Positions 37,975 through 50,531 of a DNA stretch of 64,000 nt are shown here, in pieces; position 1 is the stretch's first letter; the number at the start of each line of letters is the position of its first letter. The position numbers and the translations under genes are program-made. The DNA lies in assembly GCF_963506605.1 (NCBI RefSeq), contig NC_083282.1:8866001-8930000 (forward strand), in the 5' to 3' direction. The notes under the pieces are model-generated. The model was not told where the DNA came from, searched no databases, and saw only the letters and a program-made list of their open reading frames with translations. The DNA comes from Zootoca vivipara. Its lineage: Eukaryota.

Positions 37975-38395
37975 CCTATCTCCCATAAATGTCTCAAATC
38001 CTTTTTTAAAGCCATCCATGTTGGTGGCCATTGCTGTCTCTGGCGGAAGCAAATTCCATAGTTTAATCATTTGCTGTGTGAGTAAGTACTCTCCTTTATC
38101 CGCCCTGAATCTTCCAAATCAGCTTCACTGCATGTCTCCAAGTTCCAGAATTATATGAGAAGCTCCCAGTCTACTTACTCCATGCTGTGCTTAACTCTAT
38201 CGTGTCCCTTTTTTCTAAACTAAAAAGCCCGTAAATATTGTAACATTTCCCGCTCTATGATATCCTTTTGGAGGTGAGGAAAAATTGTACACGAGGTTCT
38301 AAATGTTGCAGTGCCATAGCTTGGTTTCTACAGATGCATTATGATACTAGCCATTTTTTATTTTCACTGTTTCCAAACTATCCCTAGCACACAAC
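37975..38395 (-). mobile_element. Old CR1 fragment
   Basis: CCCATAAATGTCTCAAATCC...AAATTCCATAGTTTAA...CTAAACTAAAAAGCCC, the reverse complement of a CR1 ORF2 C-terminus. Confidence 0.7.
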
Positions 38396-38826
38396 TTGCT
38401 TTTTTCACACCTTCTGCTACGTATATGTGTGCTGTAAAATATATGTGTTAAATAGAGAATGTTGACCCTGTATAAGTGAGCCATTGGAGCACCCCAGTTG
38501 CATAACCTTGGCCCCCATAGGTTCAGGTCGGGGGTCACAAGCAAGAGACTTCGGCCAGGAGACAGAAGCAAAACAGCAGCCTGTAGGCCTGATCTTTATT
38601 GTTGCAACAAAAACTTCCCACTACCACAAAGATGAAGCAGCCAGAAGCCCCGAGCAATGGTTACATCAGTATTTTCAAGTTTCCCAAAGTTTCCCATAAT
38701 ACATTTCCAGAAGCACCATCAAGGCATCATAGATATGTCACAGAAAAGGTGTGGCCTCAGGTAGAACCTAAGATTCAGGCATGCCCGTCACTCAAATATA
38801 GTCTTTCACTGTACTCCATCACAGTA

Positions 38827-39092
38827 CAGTGGTACCTCTGGTTGCGAATGGGATCCATTCCGGAGGCCCGTTCGCAACATGAAAAGGCCGCATCCTGAAG
38901 TGCCGCATCTCCGCAGGCGCATGACATAATTTGGCGCTTCTGTGCATGCGCAAAGAGCGATTTAGTGCTTATGCACATGCACATGCATGCGCACCGAACC
39001 CGGAAGTAACCCGTTCTGGGACTTCCAGGTTCGGCGCGTCTGTATCCCGAAAAAAAAGCACCCTGAAGTGGATGTAACATGAGGTATGACTG
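38827..39092. mobile_element. Tc1/mariner (Tigger-like) MITE
   Basis: TA|CAGTGGTACCTC...GAGGTATGACTG|TA. Confidence 0.85.
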
Positions 39093-39532
39093 TACAAAGG
39101 AAAGTATTTACAGTTTCCTGGTCCCCAAGTCAAGTCAAATGCATATCACGGGTCATGACTCCCTGGAAAGGTCCTGCAGATCTGACTGTACACTCAGGGA
39201 TTATGATGGGCTCACTCACCCTTCCCCTTATTCCCTGGGTCCTAAATGCCGTTGGAACTGAGAAGATTGATACAAGATGTGATTTCTTTATGAATTTCTA
39301 AAGTTTCCCCATTGAGCCAGTACATAGATACATTTATCAGCGAATTGCTACATTTGGTAATGTGCAGCGGAGATTCATTGTCTTTGTCTTGTAGTGTGGA
39401 AAGACAAGGCTTGGGGGGGGGGTGTCTCTCTTCCAATTTCCCGGTAACAACCCAAGCAAGGATATCAACCCTGCTGCTATTTAACAGACTGAGGTGCCTT
39501 CCATAATGCTGTGTCTGGGTGGTTGTAGCCTG

Positions 39533-39913
39533 TAAGGGTAAAAGATAAAGGACCCCTGGACGGTTAAGTCCAGTCAAAGGCAACTATGGGGTTATGGCAC
39601 TCATCTCGCTTTCAGGCCAAGGAAGCCGGCGTTTGTCCACAGACAGATTTCCGGGTCATGTGGCCAGCAGGACTAAACCACTTCTGGCATGACGGGACAC
39701 CGTGACAGAAACCAGAGGGCACGGAAACGCTGTTTACCTTCCTGCCACACAGCAGTACCTATTTATCTACTTGCACTGGGTTTCTTTCAAACTGCTAGGT
39801 TGGCAGGAACTGGGACAGAGCAACGGGAGCTCACTCCCTCGCGAGGATTTGAACCGCCAACCTTCTAATCGGCAAGCCAAAGGGGCTCAGTGGTTTAGAC
39901 CACAGCACCACCC
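39533..39913 (-). mobile_element. Sauria SINE (divergent subfamily)
   Basis: Tail AAAGGACCCCTGGACGGTTAAGTCC; carries an extra GGGACACCGTGACAGAAACC segment relative to the other copies. Confidence 0.9.
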
Positions 39914-40309
39914 AAGTGGATTCATACTGGTCTGTCCACACACCATTCTGCTTTATTAGTTGTTCTGTGAGTCTTTCCCATTTTTATTATTACAGGCCAC
40001 GATTATTTTGTGCAGGAGTTCCATTCCTGACCCCCGTGCGTGATGACAGAGCGCATATAAGCCCGCCCTGCCCCATTCTGGAGCACTTTGGGGTCAGCAA
40101 CTACGATTGCAAGTAATATGGCCGTTGCCTATACGTCAGTTCAATCTGGAGGGCTACTCTTGCACTACAGCATGACAAAAGCAGGACAAAAACCTTGGGC
40201 TACTTGCGGTATAAAAAATTACAGGATTTTGACAGAAAGTTATGTAACATGCCCTGATTGGAAACCAAGCAGTATACTTGCCCTGAAATTTTTGCAGGGG
40301 CAAACAGTG

Positions 40310-40478
40310 CTGAGGTGGGCTCATGTTGATAGTACTTTGACAGACAGCACCTCTCCTAGGTCTCAGGCCTTACTCAATCCTCCTTCCTGAAATCCTTTAT
40401 CTGGAGATGCCAGGGACTGAACTTGGAATCTGGTACATGCAAAACATATGGCCTGTCATTGAGCTATGGCCATTCTCC
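40310..40478 (-). mobile_element. Old tRNA-derived SINE (degenerate)
   Basis: Minus strand GGCCATAGCTCAATG...TTTTGCATG...AAGTTCAGTCCCTGGCATCTCCAG, a tRNA-like head with degenerate A and B boxes. Confidence 0.55.
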
Positions 40479-40943
40479 CAACACAGTCTTCTTTTCCTTC
40501 TCACCTTTCAGATAGTACCTCTCCTTCCCATGCTGTTCAGTAAGAGGTGAGCATTTGGAACACTATTATATTTTAACATGCTGTGTTCTATGACTTGTAC
40601 CTCAGAGCAGACCCTTCTTGACTAATTCTCCAACACTGTCTTGGATGTGCCTGATTTTGTTGGATTTCACACCACGAACTTGATCCTGCCTTAACAGCCC
40701 TTGGAAGAGACATTTCCTATTATCTTTAATTTCATAGCGGAGAGTGAGCATAGGATTAGCACTGAATTGGAAGGCCCTGAAATTCATTGTCTGAAGTATC
40801 AACTTTGAAACAGTTTTTTAATAATAATAATAATAAAATAATAATAATAAGTAATTAAGGTAAAACAAGGTTTTCATGTTCAGTTATAAATATACTATGG
40901 TCTTACCACTTCTTATAGCCAAAACAGTAGTGTGACCAGAAAA

Positions 40944-40945
<2 letters not shown>

Positions 40946-40972
<27 letters not shown>
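40946..40972. repeat. (TG)n microsatellite
   Basis: Pure TG run. Confidence 0.95.
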
Positions 40973-40978
<6 letters not shown>

Positions 40979-41885
40979 ATAAAAGACTATTTCATAATGC
41001 ATGGGCTCAATTAAACATTTCTTGAAATACTGAACTCTCCCCTCTGTGCTGGATTTTGGAGATTTCTGCAACTGCAGAAAGATCAGTTCTGGTTTGATCT
41101 GATCATAAACAGCTGAACACAGGAAGGCAGGATTGGGGCCAGTGCATGCGCTTCCTCCATTTGAGATGACTAACCCTAATTGAGTTACTTCGCTTCCTAA
41201 TGGCTTCCACTAGCACAACATACACCATTGTAACGGCAATACATGTTGAAACAAACCAGCCACTCTTTCTCCTGCTAAGCCATTAAATTAGAGAGTATTC
41301 AATTAATAACAGCTGAATATTCTGTCACATTTAGGAAGATGTATGGTAAGACAAGCGAGTTGTGATGTCTCTGACAGAAATGATAAAAGTTCTCCCGACA
41401 CAGCCTGGCAGATACTTGGCTCCTGCTGCGGCTCCCTCTTCATGTTCTCAAACGTCAGCGCAGACACAAGATCCAGGCCTGGCTTCAAAGAAGAAGGGCT
41501 CCAAAGAGAAGAGCGGAACCTTTGCCAAGGAATTTGAAGGCAGCTCCTCCCAGCAACCTTCTGGGAGCCATTTCGATGCGCACAGACTACTTGCAAGCGC
41601 ACACGCCACTCCTGCACAAGGCGGCAAATGAGCAGATGTATTCCTACAACATGCCAGCACAATCACACTCGTTTCAGAAGATCCATTAAAATAATAACAG
41701 GAAGAGCAATAGTAAAATCTTCAGTAGTCACAAAGTATAGTCCACCAGAAAGTTCTCTTGCGCAAGCCTCATTCAAATACTAGAGATGTGCAGGAGCAGA
41801 TATGATGAGTTTGTGCATCACATCTGTCCCATCTCAGTGGGGCTCACATAGGACATCTTTGTGGCTTGGGCTTGCAATTTATATC

Positions 41886-42242
41886 CAGGGCCAGCAGGGA
41901 ATTTTGCCGCCTGAAGTGAACCGGAACATGGTTCCCCCCATCCACGAGAGAGGTGAGTGAAGATCTACATCAAGAATATGGGAGGAATAAATATCTACAT
42001 CATAAACAAGGGTGCCCGGGGGGGGGGCAGGGACCAGCAGGGTCTCCTATTTGCCAAGAGGCTGCTATAGAGACTGCATGGGGGGGGCAGCAAATCCAGC
42101 CTCAAGGAACGTGCCACAGCCATCATTGACATTGCAGCAGCGGCAGCAGCAGCAAGCAATGCATCCCTTGGAGGTAGGACTTGTTGCATTTGTGGCTCCC
42201 GAGGCAGTTGCCTCACCTTGTCTCGTGGGTGGGCCAGTCCTG
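41886..42242. mobile_element. GC-rich hAT-like non-autonomous element
   Basis: Ends CAGGGCCAG...CCAGTCCTG with subterminal GCCGCCTGA / GAGGCAGTTGCC motifs; TSD not recognisable. Confidence 0.45.
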
Positions 42243-43110
42243 GCTGTCAGGCTCAGCTCTGCAAGCTACAAAGCAATAATGAGGAGGCAGCAGCCAGTGA
42301 CATCACTCAGCAACCTAGGCAGGTTTGGGTAAACGGACTGACCCAAAGGCAAACAATGGTTTGCCACAAACCAGAAATATAAGCTTCTAATTTCTCCTTC
42401 TCACATTTGGGCACTGCAAGACACCTGAATGCAGTTACTGTCTCTGGGCATGTGCCTGCTTTCTTTCCTCACAGAGTCATCATAAACCAGACATTCACAT
42501 CTAGAATGAGAAACTAAGGGCTTCCTGGTTGACTTGAGCTCCAATCTCTCTCTTATTTTCAATTTTTATTCTTTAATTATAGGTTTGCTTGTTGTTGTTT
42601 TAAACCTGACTTTGGTATGTTGATGAGATTCATTATCAAAGAGCAAAACAACCTACAACTGCGTACAACTTCAAATACATGAGACAGTACCTGACTGGAA
42701 TCTCTCATATACAAAAATTTATAAACAAACAAGCAAATAAACCTTTGATCACACAAACTTTTTTTAAAAAAAAGAAAATGAGCTATCTGATCCAAAGATT
42801 CCCTTTCTTGAACTGATACAGAAACATTGGTAGCTTTGCAGCTATGTGAAGCAATTCATTTAAAGAGAAATATCCATTTGTAACTGATTTTGTCATGCTG
42901 CAACATACATGCATAGACAAGCAGACACGCATGCACATTAGGGCTTGAGCTGCCTATTTCAGAAAACCATGAATATGATGTGATTTAATATTTGCATCCC
43001 ACTTTTCCAATAGCAATGTTGAGCTCAGACTGGCTCACGACAATCACAACAACAAAACCAACAAACAATAAATACAAACCCGCAGTGATCAAAAAATATC
43101 AGAAATGATT

Positions 43111-43928
43111 GCTGAGCATCAGCCCTGTGCCAGTTGTCATACTCTTGCTGGGAAGGGACATCTTCACCCACTCCAGCAGCACAGTCCTAGGTACTTTGTT
43201 CACCTTTGGCTCCCACCCTGCACTCAGCTCTCACTTGTGGTTCCTAGAAGCTGCCAGCATGTGACAACAGCTACACCCTGGGAAATAGCTTTGACTGGCT
43301 GGCTAAACCAGGTGAAGGGGAGCCAGTGAGTCTCAAACCCTCGGCAAGTTAGGGACTTCCCCTGCATGTGGAGACAGGCTCTAGTCTAGTGGATTGAGCA
43401 GATGTGACCCATAGGGGGTCCAATGGTGAAGAAGACGGTTTGTGCATGTGCTGTAGAGGGAAGTGAGTGGCAGATGGGGCTCACTCACCTGGGAAGGTAG
43501 TCCATCCAGGAGAAAGAAAACTTTGATTCTAAACCTCTGCCTTGCAGGATATCTTCGGGAGAAGAAAAGGCTAAGGAATACCCTACACAAATCCAGAGTG
43601 GTCCCTAAGACTGTTGGATGGTGCCTTGTATTCCTCCTCCCAACAATTCCTGCAGCCAAGCTGCTGCCAAACGTATTGCTCTGCTTTCCTTTGGGCCAGG
43701 CAGAGAGGGAGGGTGCTCTTGTCGTCTGGGCAGCTCAGGGCCTGCACACACACTGCCCAGGTTTGCGTCCTAGAGAGACCACTTTGGTGCTGCTAACACA
43801 GCAAAAACAACACAGTTATGAGTTAGCAGTCTCTGCAGCCACAGCAGGTGCTCCGATTCTCCCGTGGTTTGACTTTACCTCTGGGGACACACTCCATGGT
43901 CTTTCGAGACAGATTGATGCCAACAAAA
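43111..43928 (+). mobile_element. Vingi-like non-autonomous non-LTR element
   Basis: 5' GTGCCAGTTGTCATACTCTTGCTGGGAAGG, internal CTGGGAAGGTAGTCCATCCAGGAGAAAGAAAACT, and 3' TCGAGACAGATTGATGCCAACAA. No RT ORF. Family assigned from recalled consensus only. Confidence 0.6.
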
Positions 43929-44011
43929 CAGATTATCGGTAGTTGCATAATATGAATGTAATATTTGTATTGCACCAGCAATTGATGCTTCTTTTTAAAA
44001 GGAATAATTAA

Positions 44012-44151
44012 AATCATAGAATGATAGAACAGTAGAGTTGGAAGGGACCCACAAGGGTCATCTGATCCAATCCCCTGCAGTGCAGGAATCACGTCTAAAG
44101 AGTCCCTGACAGGTGGGCATCCAACATCTGTTTAATAACTTCCAAGGAAGG
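44012..44151 (-). mobile_element. CR1 3' end
   Basis: AATCATAGAATGATAGAA..GTAGAGTTGGAAGGG...CCCCTGCAGTGCAGGAAT. Confidence 0.82.
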
Positions 44152-44988
44152 TTGTGTTTTTTTAACAATAATAAGAATGAACGCCAAATTTGCAACAACA
44201 AAAAAGAGCTGCAAAACACCCAAATCAAACTTTCCATAGTAACATACAGAATAACTGAGCTGGCATTAAGCCAATATAACATAAGGCAAAAAGAGAGAGT
44301 AAAGGTAAAGGACCCCTGGACAGTTACATACAAAAGCATAGAAGAATTTGACAAACTAATCAAAGTACAAATAATATATAGCAAATCACAATACACATAA
44401 AAAATGAAACAAAACCAAAATGCAATGCAAGATCTTAAAATAAATGTTTTGAGATGGATTGAAGTAATAAAAATAATTCAACCTTAATTATTCTCGCATA
44501 ACTACAGCACCACCTGCTGTTGTGTTTTTAACAAATAACCTACAAGCAGCAGTTCAGATGGACCCAACTGCTGTGACCAGAAAGAAGAAAAACAAATATG
44601 AACTAGATTAGAGTTATTTTCAGCACACACAATTCCCAACATTCCCAACAATTGGCTCTAACGCTTGACCCTTTGGCAGGACAAAATTTCAAAATATTGT
44701 TGCAACACTCCACGGATCATTTGACACACCCTCCGAATATTGAGACTTCCCACAACTAAGGAAAACTTGTCCTCATGCCCTGCTCCTGTGCGTTTTATAG
44801 AAGCAGAAATTAAGCAGATCTAGCTTTCCAGGTCCCACTGAACTTGTATGATTGAGAGACTCTTACAACCAGAGTAACGCAGGAAAGGCAATACTGGGCT
44901 CAGCAGCATCCAGTGTGGCAGAGTTGCTCTCCCAACACTTGCATACTACACCTTACCTGAAGAGTGCTGGGCAGCACATACTCACAAT

Positions 44989-45866
44989 CAGTGGTGCAGT
45001 GGGTGTGGGTGTGTGTGTCATGGCCCCAGGTGGGGTGTTTTTTTTTTTTTTTGAGGGGGCGCAATCAGGTGCCACCATGATGGCTCCCTTGTTGAGGCCA
45101 GAGCCTTGGGGAGGGAAGCTGCACCTGGATTGGACCTTTGGGGCTGGATAAGCAGTGGCACCTCCTTCTATTTATGGCCGATGAAGGGATTCCCGTGTGT
45201 GCCCTTTCCCTGGGCTGGCCAAGAGGTCGCTGGAGGGCACAGACCCCCCTCAACAAGGAGGGAGGAAGAGGACATGACTCGGGGTGGAAGTGTTGGTGTC
45301 AGGGTCTGTGCAGAGGAGGAATGGTGGAGACCGCCTCCAAATCCTGACCCTTCCAGGGAGGAGGAAGAGAAAGACAGTATAAATTTACAACAGTGGTTTG
45401 CGGGAGGTCACAGCTCAGAGGCAGATGAGGGGGAAAGTTGGAAAATAATGGGAGGAGGAGGTGGTGGTGGTAGAATCGGAGTGGCAGCTGTCATTAGAAA
45501 GTATTCCAGACCCTCCATCTCTTAGAACCCAGTGAGCCTTAAAAGTAGGAGAGCAAAAAGCTCAAAGACAGAGCAGCACCCATAGGGGAGACGATGAGAA
45601 TGACGAATGAGGAAGTGGGAGAGATTGGGGGTGGGGGTGGATATTCACTTGGGACAACACCATTATCCAAGAGTCTGGGTTCTATAGCCTCTCTCTGTAA
45701 ATACTGAAATAAAAAAGGACGGTAATAAATTTCTCCTTGTCTTTATACTTTCCTGGGCAACCAGCCGGGAAGCAGCGGCATTGGTGGCAAGGGCTGGCAC
45801 GGCCACAGCAGAGGCCCCGGCATGCCCCACCCACCCTGGGCAGTGTTAGCACATGCTACACCGCTG
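44989..45866. mobile_element. GC-rich hAT-like element hosting a solo LTR
   Basis: Ends CAGTGGTGCAG...CTACACCGCTG; degenerate 8-bp flanks CTCACAAT / ATCACAGC. Confidence 0.55.
45297..45780 (+). mobile_element. Solo LTR (Gypsy-like)
   Basis: TG...CA termini, 4-bp TSD TTGG on both sides, AATAAA near the 3' end. Confidence 0.8.
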
Positions 45867-48800
45867 ATCACAGCCTCAAGCTCAACACCACCTTGGCCCA
45901 AGCCAGTCCCAATCAGGTAAGCTCTAGCAATGCTCTCGTCAAGAGGTGGGCTCTGCAGTTCTGCCCCACATCAGCTGCTCCTGGCACCACTAATGTCTAA
46001 AACCAGAAGTCTGTGCACTTCATTCTTTCTAGGTTTTAAAAGTGCATCTAGATTCAAGTTTCCTTTAATAGAATGGAGGCAGGGTTGGATCTAGGAAACA
46101 ATTCTCCCATGAACTTGAGGAACGGCCTTGGGCAAATCATGGTCTGTTTAACTTTTGCCCATCTTCAGTTAAATTAGAACAGCAATGGCCTGGCAGACAC
46201 TGGCCTTGTTCACATGTAATTGTAAGCAAACCAGGGCTATGAATGAGCAGGGTAACTGTGCACCCTGCTCAATCACTTCCACTCCACCTTGTCTGCCTCT
46301 GGGAGAAACAAAGCATGAGATTTGGGATTGTATTACAGTATATGCAAACCAGTGTTTGTGGCTTGTGTCTCGTGTCTGCCCAACAAATCACAAGTGGTAA
46401 GCCAACAACAAACCTTGGGTGCTGTTCATGGTTTGGAGAGAAACAAATCACAAACACTGGTTTAACATGGCACTAAGCCCACCCTCATAGTTTGTTTCTC
46501 CTTCAGGCAGGCTGGGTGGAGAAGAGGGAGAGAACATGAGCAGTGTGCATTTAAGATGATGCTTAATGTAGATAAACACACCAAGGGAAGCAGGTATGCT
46601 TCAAAGACTCACACCTCCAAAGCTCCACGCTAAACTTGTAAGGCTTACTAAGAGTTAAATCATCTTTGCCCAGGAGGTTAATTCTGCTACCAGTCATTCT
46701 TCCTGCAATCTATTCCAAGGAGGGTATGCTGGCCAGTTACCACAAGCTGCTTTTCATGCTGTTGATGCTTTTTTATATAAAAAGGTTGTTCTTCAATGGC
46801 CTTGTTTGAGGATACATTTTAGTTGCTAAGAAACTAGTTTCTCTTTGTAGGCTCCAAGCGGGAAGACAAAGAGACTGTCAAAGTAACATGCTATTTTGAC
46901 AATAGCCGTAACATAATCATAAAATGATATTGTATTTCTAGATCTCCCTTTTTTAACATTTGCTAATGTGGTTTAAATACCATATCCATGCCTATGACAT
47001 ATATACAAATATATACACATAGCAGCTATACAATGTGCACTCCTTAAATATACACACAAGGTAGCTAGAGAAGCAACAGAACGAGGGGAGGGGGAGGAAC
47101 ACAAAGCGAAACTATTCTCTCTTAGGAATTTGAAATCCACAGGTTGCCTTTAATAGTTAAAAAAAATCAGAGAAAGGAGTACATTCATAACCATCCCACT
47201 CAGATTTCCAGTCTTTTTCCTGCTACATCGCTTTCAGAGGTTCTTGCATCACAGCCAGTTGTAAAATTTGTTCTGTATAAAACCCAGGGATAGGAAAACA
47301 ACAAAACAACAAGCCTGTATCAAAGTAGCTAGTTCAGGGCTACTTAAAATGTGAGGGTTTTTTGGCAAACATTTTGTGTTAATAAACATCATGCCTGATT
47401 ATTCTACATGTTATGCATTTTGCAGCAAAATGCAAACATGCAAAATGTTCAAATGCAATGCAAAAAAGTGAATGCAGCAATTTATGAGATCAAAGCAGGA
47501 CATTCTCCTGCACATCCTATTGAAATTAATGTAACTTGTGCAATTATTCCGCTATATGCTCATACACAACTATGACTTGTGGGTTCCCACATATTCCACT
47601 AAGAGCAAAATAATTAAGTTAACTTCTTGATATATTGGTTTCAACACTGATTGCAAACAGAGCAGTTTAAATCAGACTTTTATAAATAAGTGGAGTCCGT
47701 CAACTGTGAGGCTATGCAAAATTAAGCTTAATAGTTCAACACAAATATGCAAAGGAACCACAACTTCCTGCCTGTGTTCTGTTTCTGCTCTACATCTCAG
47801 AGCAGAGCTACAGGTGTGGGTGGGAGATCTGATCCTGAACTGCCTACATTTTCCAAAGAAATTGAAAGCCTCAGTGGGGCCTCATCTGGAAAGGTGCTAT
47901 GGCACTCGGATGTGCATGGGTCGTGGTGATGAACTTCTTCACCCATGCCTTTTTTCTGATCAAAATAGTTTCCCCATTGCTGCTATTTGCCATGTGATGC
48001 AGGTACACAGGCAAGGGTGCCATCTTGAATAAAATATTGGGAGTAAGCCCCGCCCTGCGTAATCTATCATAGGACATGGTGCATGTACACCATTTGAATG
48101 GCAATGCCCAAAATATATTATGGAGGGTTTGTGAAGACCCATTGGCTCCTAGGAGCCGGCTGCTATGTACATATGTGGTACCTCTATATTTTTCCCCCAT
48201 GCAGCAATTAGCACCTTCAGTGGGCCATTTTAATCTGGAAAATGCCACAAAGCATTAAAAAAACTATTCATTAGTGTCACAGCTCTGACCCAGTTCTACA
48301 ACACAGACTTGTAAAAAATAAACACAGGAGATTTCCCACTGTCTCATCCAGTTTGCATATACTAGAGGTTTATACATGGTGCACAGTCTATCCCCTTACT
48401 CCCAAAAGTTCACGTCTCTCAACCTGCTTAAATGTCTTTTGCTCCAGTATAGATGGCAACAATGACAGCAAAATGCACACAAAGCAGCCAAGGAAGCAAA
48501 CAAGCCCTTCCACTTCTCCAAAGCACTGAGCTTCTGGAGCAAAGGCGTGGAAAAGCCATGCCTGGTTTAGGAACACTAAAATACAACGAGTGACGGTTCC
48601 TTTCCCTCCATGCGCCATGACCTGTCTCTGGCACATCCAGGCCTCTGTTTATTTCCTCACCATCCAGAAAATTCAAACAACATTCTCTTGTAACCAACCT
48701 GGCATGGCAAGCAGGCCCTTTCACACAATGGAGCTGGAAAAAAAATCACTGTGAATAATGCTATTTGAAAAGCTATTCAAATGCTATTGTGCAGTCAAGC

Positions 48801-49030
48801 AGGAAGTCTGGGACCAGCAACCACAGCAAGCAGCAAGAGCACAGATAGCAGCACTGCCCTGAGGTGATCTATGGTACTTCCAGGGCCCCAGGAAACCCAC
48901 AGAGGCTTCTACCTGAAACAGTTGTTTTTATTGGCAAGTTCTCTGGTGACATCCCCCCTTTCCTGTACCATTTGTCCTCCTGTTTTCCATCACCATGCGT
49001 CCTTGAACAGCCTCATCTTTTAAGTTACAT

Positions 49031-49237
49031 CAGAGCTTTCCAAACTTTTCATGTTGGTGACACACTTTTTAGACATGCATCATTTTGTGGCATGGTAATT
49101 TAGTTTTATTCCCAAACCAGAGGTTAAACTAACCCCTTTCCAGCCCCGGGAGGAGCAAAGGGAGCGTTCGCAAGACACACTTACACAATGCAGCCAACAC
49201 ACTAATGTGTTGCGACACATAAGTTTGGAAAGCTCTG
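49031..49237. mobile_element. hAT MITE
   Basis: Perfect 17-bp TIR CAGAGCTTTCCAAACTT; TSD AGTTACAT / AGTTACAG. Confidence 0.92.
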
Positions 49238-49837
49238 AGTTACAGTATAAATTGAGACGTTAAACCAGGCACTTCTGCATCTGAGGCAGGGGCCTGACCA
49301 GTCCTAAGGAGTTTTCTTCAGGCACCGAAAAGGCTACAGATCCACACCAACCCCTGTCACTGATACGGAATATGAGAAAAAGCTCTAGACTGCCCGGGTC
49401 TGCTATAAATGCTGACAACCCAAGCGTCTGTCTTTGCCTGGTCAACAGAGCAATGCCTTCTGCCTGATCTTCAGGTAGTGGCTTCCAGTTCAAACAGTAG
49501 CTGCAGGGATGCTGAGCTGGAAAACAGCCCTTCAAGGTGAGACTTGGCTTTGCCCAACCTGGCCCTGAGCCAATCATTAGGAAAGGATTGAACGGCATTG
49601 CCTTGCTCCTGTATGCAACTGGTCTTATTTGGTGGCATGAGTGGCCCCCGCATGATTACTGTGGAATATTATGGCATCTAATCATGTCATGCTGTTGAAG
49701 ACGTTGGGACAGTGGAAAGAAAGAAGACATGGAACTGAAAGGGCTGTTAGTAAGGCATCAGGAAGTGGGATTAGTCTATCAAGTGAAGCAGAGAAGTGAG
49801 TTTAAGAAACCCTATCTCCCAACTCAGGGCTTATCCA

Positions 49838-50213
49838 TGTTGTCTGGTGTGTTCGAGGACTGGTTGTGGCCATCATCCAACCCTCCTCTTATAGGAGTAT
49901 CCCCTTAAGGGATCCGGCGGTCATGGATCCTGTCCGACGCCCTGCTGGCGGCTAGGGCCATGGCACGACCCCCGGTGACACCAGGGGGAGCTTTCAGTTG
50001 TATTTGCATCAACAGGCTCCTTCCTTGGGGTGTTAACCTGATACGACCCCCCGCTGAGCGGGGTGGAGTCATGCTTGCTAGAGAGTCCAATGCCTAAGCC
50101 AATACCTCTCACTTGCTCTAACCAATAAAGTTGTGGCCTTATTCTACCCATTAACTCAAATACCATGTGTCACTGTGTTTTTATTTCTCGCGGGGGGCGG
50201 GTCCTCGAACCGC
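49838..50213 (+). mobile_element. 376-bp CpG-rich LTR/terminal-repeat-like insert between 75-bp direct repeats
   Basis: Short inverted ends GTTCGAGGAC / GTCCTCGAAC and AATAAAGTTGTGGCC near the 3' end. Flanks 49763-49837 and 50214-50288 are identical at 74/75. Confidence 0.7.
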
Positions 50214-50276
50214 AAGTGGGATTAGTCTATCAAGCGAAGCAGAGAAGTGAGTTTAAGAAACCCTATCTCCCAACTC

Positions 50277-50531
50277 AGGGCTTATCCACAATCTTCCTTC
50301 TTTTCCTGGGAACAACTGATTTTTAGCGCTCAGTCAGAGCAAACAGCAATTTGGGTTTCCCCAGATTGCCATTTGTTCTGATCTATTGCTAAACGACGGG
50401 TTTTCCCTTGGAAAGGAGCAGGCCCAGGGGAAATCTGCTTTGACTACTACATAGAAAATGTGGGTCAAGCAGAAAACTGCTTGGACCCATGCTGTCTAGG
50501 TACAGCACAAGTGGAAGTGTGGACAAGTCCT
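50277..50531. mobile_element. Harbinger-like MITE
   Basis: TIR AGGGCTTATCCACA...TGTGGACAAGTCCT; inverted related copy at 61059-61305. Confidence 0.72.

Noticed and set aside
38460-38610. LTR 3' fragment on the minus strand
   Set aside because: It has an AATAAA and a CA-like end but no matching terminus or TSD, which is too weak to list as a feature.
43463-43942. 159-aa ORF as a novel gene
   Set aside because: It lies wholly within a Vingi-like repeat and has no recognisable domain.
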